This document shows, piece after piece, positions 18,170 through 26,971 of a stretch of 64,000 nt of DNA (positions within the stretch are counted from its first letter, which is position 1; each line of letters opens with the position of its first letter). The notes under the pieces were generated by a model. That model saw nothing but the letters and a program-made list of their open reading frames with translations, searched no databases and had not been told where the DNA came from. Position numbers and translations under genes: made by a program. This DNA is from Myxococcota bacterium (lineage in GTDB: Bacteria > Myxococcota > UBA727 > JABDBI01). Location of the stretch: contig JAZKCZ010000002.1 in assembly GCA_040387835.1 (NCBI GenBank), positions 581,818-645,817 on the forward strand, given 5' to 3'.

Positions 18170-18469
18170 ATTACCTGCTATACGCTTCGGGCCTAATTTG
18201 GTGAATGACATTAGAGATCGCCAAACCAGCGAAACAACCCATTCCCGATTTGCAATAGGAAAACACCCTACGAAATGCCCACCGACTAAATGTCAAAACT
18301 TAAGGCTCCATTCTCAACGTAGGTTGATTCGTTGGTCAATTCGTACTAGAGCCACCGGTTTTTTTGATCAAGAAAGTTTGACACGGATTTGTAAAAATCC
18401 CCGTGTTAGTTTGCAATTGCATTCTGACAATTAATCCCTTAAAATACTTCGGGCAATTGGAGCTCATAT

Positions 18470-19486
18470 ATGCATTATCGACACTATCTTGCCGGAATAT
18501 TTCTATTTGCTTCTATAACGGCTCAAGCTCAGATACTAAAGATGCGAGCGCCAGAAATATGGACACCTGGCCTTCGCCCAGCACAACAAGCGCTCAGCCA
18601 AATTACAAAAAGCGTTGCTTCAGCAGAGACGATTAAGCGCAATGCTGCCGAACGAGAGAGCGGCATGTCTGTTCTCGGCAAAGAGAGATCTTTAGGCTCA
18701 AACGTCAGAAAACACCGACAACAAATTAAAACATTGCGCTCGGAGCTGAGTGAAGCGTTGCGAGATGTACGCGTCAACGATCCTCGGTCGGCCAATGTGG
18801 TACGGAGCGAACTATACGATTTATTGAACAAGAAGCCAGCAGACGAACAAGGCGAAGAGTCATCTCTGTTCGGCCAGCAAGATGTGCCAGGAACTTTTTG
18901 TGATGTATCGGCTCAAGCTCAGAGTATTCAAGGCCCAGTTGCTTGGACAGCACCCACGGCCGGTACTGCAGCTGCTGGCGCAGGCGGTCCATCGCCGCAA
19001 CTTGGGCCTGCTCCGCAGGCACCTGCACCTCTATCAGCGATAGTTAACCCCACCCCAACTCTTGCTGTTGCCGCTGAGCCTACGGTTCGCACTCAGCCGA
19101 TGACAGTGTCGCCTTTGGCGCGTGTGGGAGATTGGTACCAAGGTCCTAGAGAATCAAAAACTGTTCCTGCTCTAGAGTGGGAGCTCGGGCGAATGGGCAC
19201 TACTAAAATGACCTTTGAAGACGCGCAAGCCTATGCAGCATCGCGTGCACATGCTGACTGGCGTTTGCCAACGATTTGGGAATTAGAAGCTTTGTATCAA
19301 CAGCAGAATGTTTTAGGCAGTGATTTGGATACCGAATGGTTTTGGTCAGATACAGCGGTCGTTAGCCGTCCCAGAGCTCATTGGTTCGTCCACTTCAGCG
19401 GTGAACATGTGTACAGCAGTCGCCTGCTCATCCGTAGTCGCGTTCGGTTGGTTCGCTCACGAGACGGGTGGTTTATTGGTCTATAA
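18470..19486 (+). CDS. secreted protein with C-terminal DUF1566 (Lcl C-terminal-like) domain
   Basis: Signal peptide (LAGIFLFASITAQAQ). Pro/Ala-rich linker. C-terminal DWRLPTIWELEALY...WFWSDT...AHWFVHFSGEHVYS motif set typical of DUF1566. Confidence 0.6.
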   Translation: MHYRHYLAGIFLFASITAQAQILKMRAPEIWTPGLRPAQQALSQITKSVASAETIKRNAAERESGMSVLGKERSLGSNVRKHRQQIKTLRSELSEALRDVRVNDPRSANVVRSELYDLLNKKPADEQGEESSLFGQQDVPGTFCDVSAQAQSIQGPVAWTAPTAGTAAAGAGGPSPQLGPAPQAPAPLSAIVNPTPTLAVAAEPTVRTQPMTVSPLARVGDWYQGPRESKTVPALEWELGRMGTTKMTFEDAQAYAASRAHADWRLPTIWELEALYQQQNVLGSDLDTEWFWSDTAVVSRPRAHWFVHFSGEHVYSSRLLIRSRVRLVRSRDGWFIGL

Positions 19487-19839
19487 TTAGCTGTTCCGGA
19501 TACCACCGAATTGATTTAAGGCTTCGGTCTGTTCTCGATGCTCTCGAACCGCTGAGCCCAAAGCTTTTTGCTTAGGCTGGATCAAAAATCCAGCTTCTCT
19601 TTTTTCAACAATTGTCTTGATCGCCGTGGCGGAAGCGACACTTTTTGCAATCGATTGCAGCGCTTGCTGCGCAGCACCTGCCCCTGAGCGCTCAGAGAAG
19701 CTAACACAAATAATCCAGCGAAATAATACCGACCATACATATAGAAACTCCAAAATATTAGAAAATGTTTTAAAGGATCGATAATGCGAATGCAATCGTA
19801 AATCGGAAAGAGATCATACCCCGTCCATGTTAACCCCAA
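19487..19839 (-). pseudogene. frameshifted inverted partial duplicate of the N-terminal part of the 18470..19486 gene
   Basis: Two overlapping minus-strand ORFs in different frames. One reproduces the signal peptide (YYFAGLFVLASLSAQGQ vs HYLAGIFLFASITAQAQ). The other reproduces the next segment (AAQQALQSIAKSVASATAIK vs AQQALSQITKSVASAETIK). The two stop codons abut tail-to-tail. Confidence 0.5.
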
Positions 19840-19948
19840 AAAAGCAGCACTTTACAGCAAGCGTCAGATATTATCAGTATATCGGTCATCTGAGGGATGC
19901 ATATTGCGCTTACCAAAGATTTAGGAACTCAATACAAGAGGATGTGTC

Positions 19949-20545
19949 ATGATGCTTAAAAATGGGATCTGCTTTAGAGTCTTAATGCTAACAGTCGTTT
20001 GCAGTATTCTTCCTTTAGAGTCAGCTATCGCCAAGGAATCATTCGATGGCTTTCTTCCCGAAGTACGTCGAGGGTTATTTTTGCATCTTTGTGACGTAAT
20101 TCATGAAGTCGAGAATACTGCGGTGCGAGATTCGTGGCAAGCTGAGTTTAACCTAGATAAACTAGCCTCCATTAACAAAAAAAGTGTCGAAAAAATAACT
20201 TCGTTATGTTTTCATATTTATGAGATTAATTTTAAAGTTAAGCAGCAACGTAATATCGCTAAATCCACATTCTCTCGAATTTGGCAGCTATCTTTAAAGG
20301 ATTTCACTCGAGGGGCGAAGATTTCTGCCTATGATCGAGCGTCAGTTTTTGCTTTATCAAATGATGACGGTACTCGATTTTTATTGAGAAATGTGAATGA
20401 TTCCGTTCGCGAACTTTTTTGTAACCAAAGCTATGACCGCCAATCTTCTATCGACGCTGTATGGCCTAGCGCACACCAGGCCCTGCAAGCATTGGAACCG
20501 GAGTTGATTTTGGAATGGAAAAATTATTCGAGTGAATTGAACTGA
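19949..20545 (+). CDS. hypothetical secreted protein in an AT-rich islet
   Basis: 198 aa. N-terminal hydrophobic signal (VLMLTVVCSILPLESAIA). Local drop in GC from about 19740 to 20550. Confidence 0.4.
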   Translation: MMLKNGICFRVLMLTVVCSILPLESAIAKESFDGFLPEVRRGLFLHLCDVIHEVENTAVRDSWQAEFNLDKLASINKKSVEKITSLCFHIYEINFKVKQQRNIAKSTFSRIWQLSLKDFTRGAKISAYDRASVFALSNDDGTRFLLRNVNDSVRELFCNQSYDRQSSIDAVWPSAHQALQALEPELILEWKNYSSELN

Positions 20546-20654
20546 GTCGGTTCCCAGGCTCCAGGCTCAACAAAGCTTGATTCGTTGGCACCGGACCAAC
20601 GTGGCGTTGTGAAACAGACGATTTGCCCATGTTTTGTAACGAGTTAATGACGGG

Positions 20655-22349
20655 TTATTGGCGGCATAGGGCTTTTAGGCGGCAATCCCCGCAACTTTCT
20701 GGGCCGCCCGGAGGAACGTAGCCTTGAAGTACCGGGGTTAAGACTTCCATGAGCGCTTGGTCAAGTTCATCTAGGCGCTCGGTCATATCTATCATGGGGC
20801 CAGGGGCGCCGTCTTTGATGGATATTGGGTAGCCTATAAGCGATCGCTGTGATCCAAGCAGCTTTAGATAAATCGGTATCTGAAAATGCGTCTTTAACAC
20901 TTCCGACTGAGCAAAGCGCATGCGTAGGCTGCTGAGTGATGACAGTTTATAATCCACAACGATATCAGCGCTCGGGCTTTTATCAATTCGATCCGCGACG
21001 CCGCCCAGAAATATTTCAGTTCCGGCAATGGGAAATACCATCGGTCCCAGTTTTTTTTCAGACGCAACCTGGTACGCACCGGGGATAGGCGGGTTTTTGC
21101 GCAGGTTGGACTCTAAGCGAACCAGTGCTTCATGAAGCCAGAGCATCATGGCATCCCAAACACCTTTGTGAATTTCAGGATGCTCAGCCAACACCAAGTC
21201 GGCCTCAGCTTTAAAAAGCGCTAAATCACCACCTTCTAAAATCTTATGAGCGAGTTGACCCAAAATGCGTGGGTCGATATCACTGCCGGAAGGCTTGTTT
21301 AGATCTACTTCTAATAGGCGTTCAATAAATGCTCGAAAAGGGCATTTTGCGAAGGCTTCAATGCGCGTCGCACTGAAAGCGCGCTCCCTAGACAAGCCCA
21401 ACTTGTCACCGAATTTTTCTCTGAAGCGAGCCGTGTCCATTTGAAAAGCGCCCTGCTTTGCGGAAGATTTAGCATGGCTAGCGGTTTCGATCAGGCGCTC
21501 TAGCTTGCCTAAAGGCTTATTCACCAGATCCAGAGAACTCGGCTCACCCAGCCAGCTAAGCTTAGTAAGCTCGCTGGCAGCCTGAGCTTGATACACTTCA
21601 TCTACTAAAGAGCTAGTCACCAGCAGCGTCTCTGTCGCCGCATCGCAGGCGCCCAGAAACCACATAGGCTCCAGCGCTTGCCTCGCTGGAAACAAGCTCG
21701 GCTCGAGCGGGTCTTCTTCGAAGCGCCTTAAAACTTGCCTGCCCATCAGGCGATTAACCAGAAAGCAATCGGCATCGGATAGTGGCCAATCGGGCTCTCT
21801 AGAAAGCGTCAATCTGCCATGAGCTGCGTCGGCGATAATTACCAGGTCGAACTCTTTACCCAAAAGGTCAGGAAGCGCCATCACGGTCAAATCAAGTCCC
21901 TGATCTTTTAGGGCGTCCTGGAAAATCAACGCCCGCCTATCGAGCATCCGCATAGACACAGCAATGCGTTTATCAGCGCCGTAGCCTGAGGCCACTTGCG
22001 CAACGAGACGTGCTTCTTGAACCAAATCAGGTGCTTCGTAACGCATCCAACGAGGGGGCTTCGAAAACGGCTTAAAGACGATTTCGATATTTTCTAAATT
22101 ATGATGCTTTTCAATGCGAGCAGCAAGCGCAGTGGTGGGCAAGCTAAAGCCTTGCCCCGATTCATCTACCGGTAGTTCGAACTTCAGTTTGACGCCTAGA
22201 CTAGCCAACTTGAACAGATACGATAGCTCGAGCTCGCTTAAGTCTACCCTGCCCGAAATAACCAACTGATCAAAAGCAGGCTTGGCGATCAACGCATCGT
22301 GCTGCGCTCTAAAATCCGAGCTTTCTTCTGATTGCCCAACCAATGGCAA
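20655..22349 (-). CDS. PD-(D/E)XK nuclease family protein with AddB/Cas4-like Fe-S Cys cluster
   Basis: C-terminal DIVVDYKLSS nuclease motif. One Cys before it (AKCPFRAF) and three after it (CGDCRLKALC) resemble the Fe-S staple of AddB/Cas4/Dna2 nucleases. Confidence 0.55.
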   Translation of the reverse strand: MPLVGQSEESSDFRAQHDALIAKPAFDQLVISGRVDLSELELSYLFKLASLGVKLKFELPVDESGQGFSLPTTALAARIEKHHNLENIEIVFKPFSKPPRWMRYEAPDLVQEARLVAQVASGYGADKRIAVSMRMLDRRALIFQDALKDQGLDLTVMALPDLLGKEFDLVIIADAAHGRLTLSREPDWPLSDADCFLVNRLMGRQVLRRFEEDPLEPSLFPARQALEPMWFLGACDAATETLLVTSSLVDEVYQAQAASELTKLSWLGEPSSLDLVNKPLGKLERLIETASHAKSSAKQGAFQMDTARFREKFGDKLGLSRERAFSATRIEAFAKCPFRAFIERLLEVDLNKPSGSDIDPRILGQLAHKILEGGDLALFKAEADLVLAEHPEIHKGVWDAMMLWLHEALVRLESNLRKNPPIPGAYQVASEKKLGPMVFPIAGTEIFLGGVADRIDKSPSADIVVDYKLSSLSSLRMRFAQSEVLKTHFQIPIYLKLLGSQRSLIGYPISIKDGAPGPMIDMTERLDELDQALMEVLTPVLQGYVPPGGPESCGDCRLKALCRQ

Positions 22350-22457
22350 TAGGATTTCAGCCAGTTTGGCAGAAAGACCTGGCTTGGCCAGAAGTTCTTC
22401 TGGGCTGCAAAATCCGTGGATCAGCGCCCTTAACAGTTTGGTTTGCGAAGGCGTCAG

Positions 22458-23204
22458 CTACTTCTTCCTCTTTTTGAGCTGGTCTTTGGCTTTGGCCGCA
22501 AACGGGCTTTTGGCATGTTTTTCTATGATTTCGTTATAAAATACCGCCGCGTCATCTTTAAATTTCAGCGCTTCTAAAGACAAGCCTACTTTGTATAAAG
22601 CTTCGGGGATTTTACTGAAATTTTGATATTTGGTCAGCAATTCTTGAAAAGACAAAACGGCCTTTTTGTACTCACCTAGCTCATAGTACGAGTCTCCGCG
22701 CCAATACAAAACCTGCGGCGAAAATTGCTTGTCACCTGCATACTTCGTTAAAAATGCATCGCAACCCGCAATCGCTTTTTCAAAGCTTTTGTCTTCGAAG
22801 GAAGTTTTGATTTGAGCAACCAAATCGGCTTTGCTTTCGGTGGAAACTTCAGCTGGCGCGCTCGATTTGGTACTCTGCAAATCTTCAAGCTGTGCCTTAA
22901 GCTGTTCGACTTCCGTTAAAAGCTTGTCTTTTTCAAGAGAACGTTCAGCATTTTGCTTAAACGTGCCGTCTTCGACATGCTTCAATCTGGAATCGATCAG
23001 TTTAAGTGCGTCGCCTTGATCACGCTGGGTTACGGCCAATTCGCCTCTTAATTTGGCGATGTCAGCGCGCATGAGGTCGCCTTCTGCCCGCGGCACGAAG
23101 CACGCAGGCAGTAAAAGGCAACTAGTCCAAAGTAATGTCTGTGCGCCGGTTTTTAGACCAAGCTTCTTCGTTGTGTTCTGTATCAACGGGTTTTTCCTTT
23201 CCAT
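22458..23204 (-). CDS. cpoB: Tol-Pal system protein CpoB/YbgF (coiled-coil plus TPR)
   Basis: Signal peptide. Coiled-coil region (LTEVEQLKAQLEDLQ). C-terminal TPR repeats. Directly downstream of pal. The listed start overlaps the pal 3' end by 82 nt, so the true start may be later. Confidence 0.65.
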   Translation of the reverse strand: MERKNPLIQNTTKKLGLKTGAQTLLWTSCLLLPACFVPRAEGDLMRADIAKLRGELAVTQRDQGDALKLIDSRLKHVEDGTFKQNAERSLEKDKLLTEVEQLKAQLEDLQSTKSSAPAEVSTESKADLVAQIKTSFEDKSFEKAIAGCDAFLTKYAGDKQFSPQVLYWRGDSYYELGEYKKAVLSFQELLTKYQNFSKIPEALYKVGLSLEALKFKDDAAVFYNEIIEKHAKSPFAAKAKDQLKKRKK

Positions 23205-23751
23205 AAGAGATAATAGTCATTCTAGAACCATCAATTCCAGAGTTTTGCAAGTATTGAGCTACGGTTTGAGCGCGTTTTTCACCTAAAGCCAAGTTGTATT
23301 CTACCGTGCCTCTTTCATCGGTGTTACCGGAAAGAACAAATTTTTGACCCGGATTCGAGCGCATACAGGAGGCAATTTCATTTAACTGATCACGAGTGTC
23401 TGACTTAACGTCGTAGCCATTGAAATCAAAATGGACCACGCCTGTGATCGCACAGCTTAAAGATTGGGTAGGACCTGTGCTCGGAGCGCAAATACCAGCG
23501 GCGCAAACCATGCCGGTGCCGCAATCGCCTGAATCAGTGCAGGTTTTAGGTTGCTGATCAGGGTTTAGGCACTGGGCGTTTTGACAAGTTTTGCCGTCTT
23601 TGCAGTCAGCATCTACCGCACATTCCTGGCATTTTCCAAATACGCAAACGCCTTCTTTGCAGTCGGTGTCTTTTTTGCAGGTACCTGAAGTGGATTGATG
23701 GCACGCGGACATCATGAACAAAGCGGAAACCATTACAAATTTCAAGAACAT
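23122..23751 (-). CDS. pal: peptidoglycan-associated lipoprotein (OmpA family) with Myxococcus-type Cys-rich repeats in the linker
   Basis: Lipobox (FMMSAC). Three D-x-D-C-x-x-G-x-x-C-x(4)-C repeats. OmpA_C domain (NTDERGTVEYNLALGEKRA...NRRTDI). Confidence 0.7.
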   Translation of the reverse strand: MFLKFVMVSALFMMSACHQSTSGTCKKDTDCKEGVCVFGKCQECAVDADCKDGKTCQNAQCLNPDQQPKTCTDSGDCGTGMVCAAGICAPSTGPTQSLSCAITGVVHFDFNGYDVKSDTRDQLNEIASCMRSNPGQKFVLSGNTDERGTVEYNLALGEKRAQTVAQYLQNSGIDGSRMTIISYGKEKPVDTEHNEEAWSKNRRTDITLD

Positions 23752-23764
23752 CTTTCTCTCCTTT

Positions 23765-24670
23765 TTAAACCAACACAGGCAAACACCTGGGTAAAATTTC
23801 AAATCTTGCAGGAAGCGTACCCGCATCCTCACCATCCGTTTCAATATAGAAGGGTTCTTTAGAGATGCAATCTACTTTTGCGACTCGACCCCGCATCTTA
23901 TATACCTGAGGAAGCTCAAGATGCAAACCTCGGTATACCTTGGCCCCATGTCTCAGAAAAAATCCCAGGCCCATATTGGATACCGCGATTTCGTCAAAGC
24001 GACCGTCATCTAAACTAGCGCCTGGCGCAATTTGCATACCGCCGCCAAAATATCGACCGTTCGCAAAAGCCAGCAACGAGCATCTGGGATGCCGAATATT
24101 TTTACCATCAATATCAACGCTTAATTGCTTAGGTTTAAAAGAAAAAATGGCTTTGAACGTTTCGAAATAATAAGCCCAGCCGCTCAAATTGCTCTCTCGT
24201 GCACGCACGTTTTGGGCGATCACCGCTGAAATGCCGCAGCTGGCAACGTTCAAAAAATATCGAGTGTGAGTTTTAGAAGTTACCAAACCTAAGTCGATCA
24301 TTTTAACGCGAGCATTCAGTAAATGCCGGACCAAGTTTTTGGTCTCACTTGGAATGCCCAAGCTTTTTGCGGTGTCGTTGCCTGAGCCGCAAGGCAAAAC
24401 GCCCAAAGGAATTTGGCATTGATCACCCATGGCGTTCACCACTTCGTTTAAAGTGCCATCCCCACCGAGCACCAAAATCACCGTCGCATTTTCAGCAATG
24501 GCCAAAAGCGCCAAGTCGGTGGCATGGCCGCCGCGGTCAGTCTCAAGGACCTTAAGGCTAGGCCAAGTTGCCAACATTTCGGGCAAAATGAGATCTAAAC
24601 TAGCCTTCGCCAAGCCCCGATTCGATTGGGGATTGACAATTAGGTAGGGGTTGCCGAAAGTGCCATTCAC
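23765..24670 (-). CDS. lipid kinase, diacylglycerol kinase catalytic domain family (YegS/BmrU-like)
   Basis: LVLGGDGTLNEVVNAM DAGK_cat signature. 301 aa. Confidence 0.75.
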   Translation of the reverse strand: MNGTFGNPYLIVNPQSNRGLAKASLDLILPEMLATWPSLKVLETDRGGHATDLALLAIAENATVILVLGGDGTLNEVVNAMGDQCQIPLGVLPCGSGNDTAKSLGIPSETKNLVRHLLNARVKMIDLGLVTSKTHTRYFLNVASCGISAVIAQNVRARESNLSGWAYYFETFKAIFSFKPKQLSVDIDGKNIRHPRCSLLAFANGRYFGGGMQIAPGASLDDGRFDEIAVSNMGLGFFLRHGAKVYRGLHLELPQVYKMRGRVAKVDCISKEPFYIETDGEDAGTLPARFEILPRCLPVLV

Positions 24671-24679
24671 CTAAACAAA

Positions 24680-25363
24680 ATGAGTTCTATCCAAGCAAGC
24701 GTCAAGACCCCCCTTCAAATTTTAGATCAAGGCAAACACCACCTTGTGGTCTTTAAGCCTTCTAACATGGTGGTGGTCACAGGGCGCGGTGCGCCTAAAC
24801 CAACGTTGCTCGATGTGGCTATTGCCGAGTTTGGCAAAGGCATTCGCCCAGTGCATCGCCTCGATCGCGGCACTACCGGTTGCTGCATCTTGGCCAAAGA
24901 CCTTTTTGGGCAACAAGCTTTGAGTAACGCCTTTCGCAAGCACTTGGTTAACAAAACCTATCTGGCGATTATTGAAGGCGTGCCCGATTTCAAGAAATTA
25001 AGCGTCGATGCACGTCTGAAACGCGTGGATACGCCCAACAATAAAAAGAGCCTAGCGCACCAAACCATTGCAGAAGATGGTGAGCGCGCACTGACACATT
25101 TGAAAGTGCTTTCAACGACAGACGGGTTAACGCTCATTGAAGCTAGGCCCGTCACGGGTCGCATGCATCAAATAAGGGCGCATCTTAGTCATTTAGGCTT
25201 TCCAATTATTGGCGATATTTTGTATGGGTCAAAACGAGATTACGCACCCCATTCGTTAGCGCTTCATGCATACAGTGTTGATTTTCCGGTCCCAGAAGGC
25301 GGGCGCAAAAAAATCGTGGCTGAGCCCGATGAACGCTTTGCCGCCCTTGCTAAATTGCCCTGA
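24680..25363 (+). CDS. RluA-family pseudouridine synthase
   Basis: HRLDRGTTGCCILAKD catalytic-Asp motif. Confidence 0.8.
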   Translation: MSSIQASVKTPLQILDQGKHHLVVFKPSNMVVVTGRGAPKPTLLDVAIAEFGKGIRPVHRLDRGTTGCCILAKDLFGQQALSNAFRKHLVNKTYLAIIEGVPDFKKLSVDARLKRVDTPNNKKSLAHQTIAEDGERALTHLKVLSTTDGLTLIEARPVTGRMHQIRAHLSHLGFPIIGDILYGSKRDYAPHSLALHAYSVDFPVPEGGRKKIVAEPDERFAALAKLP

Positions 25364-26971
25364 TTGGGGCAACTAAGAGGCTTCATGCAAGATACTCCTG
25401 ATTTTAAACGCCTATTTATGGCGGTTTTCTTAATGACTGCTTTGCTCATGGGCTATAACGCCTTTTTTGGTCCTAAAACCAAAGCACTGCAGCCTGCGCC
25501 TGCGCCAGTTCAAAGCACAGATACCGCGGGAGTGAAAACTGCGCCGATGCCTTTAGCGCCTCCTCGCGTAGAAACGCTCAACACGCCGATTGTCACTCAA
25601 AGTCTAACCCGAACGCTTCCCGACAGGGGCGGCATTAGGGGCGGTTATCAAGCAACATTTAGCAGCGAAGGCGCCCGTGTCAGCGATTTTTCGTTAACTG
25701 GCTATCAAAACCCAGTTCATTTGGCGCCCTATCTGGTTGCTGAATCACGCGATGGTAATTTGACGCTCTCATCAGCTTCCAGATACCAATTGGTTAACCA
25801 AGACGCTTCCAGCATCGCTTTTCAAAAAACAACGCCAGAAGACATTCGAGTTATTAGACGGTATCGTTTCTCCGAAACACCTTTTGTCTTGCAACATGAG
25901 CTTGAATTTAAAAATTTAAGCGCCGTATCAAAGCCCATCTCGATTAACTTGGTCATGGACACACACGAGGCTCAAAAGGCCGATGTGGAACAATTGGCTG
26001 CAGCATTTCGCTTTGGCAAGACGCACGAACGCTTTCCTTTGAAAGACATCAAAGAACAGCCAGAAACCCTAAGCGGCACGCTCACCTATGCTGGCTTTGA
26101 CCGTCGTTACTTCTTTATCAGCGTTGCCCCTGAGCAAAATAATCTGACTGAAAGCGCCACCACACAGATTTTAAAAGTAGGCGAGCATGAAGGTATGCGC
26201 ATTAGCCTGCGTCATAAAACTTTCACACTGGCGCCAGGCGCGACTCAGCTTTTTAGCTACTCATCTTACATTGGACCGAAAGAGTTGAAGCTTTTGGATG
26301 CAGCGGGCCACGGGCTTTCAGAAAACATCGACTATGGTTGGTTTGGGGTGCTGAGCAGGCCCCTGCTATGGTTGCTGATTTATATTAATCAGTGGGTATT
26401 GAACTTCGGCTTAGCCATTATTCTGCTCACGGTCTTGATTAAGCTGCTAACTTTTCCGCTGACTCAAAAATCTTTTGGTGCGCAGCAGCAGATGAAAAAG
26501 ATCAGCCCGCAGCTTAAAGAAATTCAAAAGAAATATGCTCATGACAAAGCCATGTTGGGCCAGCAGCAAATGGCGTTTTATAAAGAGCAAGGCATTAACC
26601 CGATGGCAGGTTGCTTGCCCATCTTGATCCAGATGCCCGTTTGGTTTGCTTTGTATCAGATGCTCGGCAACTCAGTAGAGCTTTACGAACAGCCATTTTA
26701 CGGCTGGATCACCGATTTAACCAAGCCGGATCCTTATTATGTGATGCCAGTCGTCATGGGACTCAGCATGTTGATCAGCCAATGGATCATGCCGCCAGCC
26801 ATTGATGAATCGCAACCACAGATGAAGTATGTCATGTGGTTTATGCCGGTTTTCCTAACCTTTGTGATGCTCAGCATGCCAGCCGGTCTTTCGATTTACA
26901 TGCTGGTGAACAATCTTTTGACCATCGCTCAACAAATGTACATCAAGCAACGTTCAGAGGTGAGCGCGTGA
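25364..26971 (+). CDS. yidC: membrane protein insertase YidC
   Basis: N-terminal TM. Periplasmic domain. Conserved ILLTVLIKLLTFPLTQKS...GCLPILIQMPVWFALYQML core. Confidence 0.88.
   Translation: MGQLRGFMQDTPDFKRLFMAVFLMTALLMGYNAFFGPKTKALQPAPAPVQSTDTAGVKTAPMPLAPPRVETLNTPIVTQSLTRTLPDRGGIRGGYQATFSSEGARVSDFSLTGYQNPVHLAPYLVAESRDGNLTLSSASRYQLVNQDASSIAFQKTTPEDIRVIRRYRFSETPFVLQHELEFKNLSAVSKPISINLVMDTHEAQKADVEQLAAAFRFGKTHERFPLKDIKEQPETLSGTLTYAGFDRRYFFISVAPEQNNLTESATTQILKVGEHEGMRISLRHKTFTLAPGATQLFSYSSYIGPKELKLLDAAGHGLSENIDYGWFGVLSRPLLWLLIYINQWVLNFGLAIILLTVLIKLLTFPLTQKSFGAQQQMKKISPQLKEIQKKYAHDKAMLGQQQMAFYKEQGINPMAGCLPILIQMPVWFALYQMLGNSVELYEQPFYGWITDLTKPDPYYVMPVVMGLSMLISQWIMPPAIDESQPQMKYVMWFMPVFLTFVMLSMPAGLSIYMLVNNLLTIAQQMYIKQRSEVSA

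Noticed and set aside
18470-19839. Diversity-generating retroelement hypothesis (DUF1566 is a known DGR target fold, and a repeat copy lies nearby)
   Set aside because: The duplicated segment is the N-terminal signal/helix region, not a C-terminal variable region. No reverse transcriptase gene is in the vicinity. There is no adenine-specific mismatch pattern.
18321-20592. 12-bp direct repeat TTGATTCGTTGG at 18321 and 20579 flanking the DUF1566/AT-rich segment, considered as possible insertion-site duplication
   Set aside because: Dozens of exact 12-mer coincidences are expected by chance in 64 kb. No integrase or transposase lies between the copies.
10901-20654. Intergenic gaps at 10901-11053, 18212-18469, 19840-19948 and 20546-20654 inspected for tRNA or other structured RNA genes
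   Set aside because: No T-loop GGTTCGAATCC-like or cloverleaf-compatible segments were seen. No riboswitch-sized leader precedes gcvT, guaA or the queuosine genes.
26836-26968. 5' 45 codons of ORF 26836..27639
   Set aside because: They overlap the conserved C-terminus of yidC in another frame for 135 nt. A GTG at 26969 gives a non-overlapping start.
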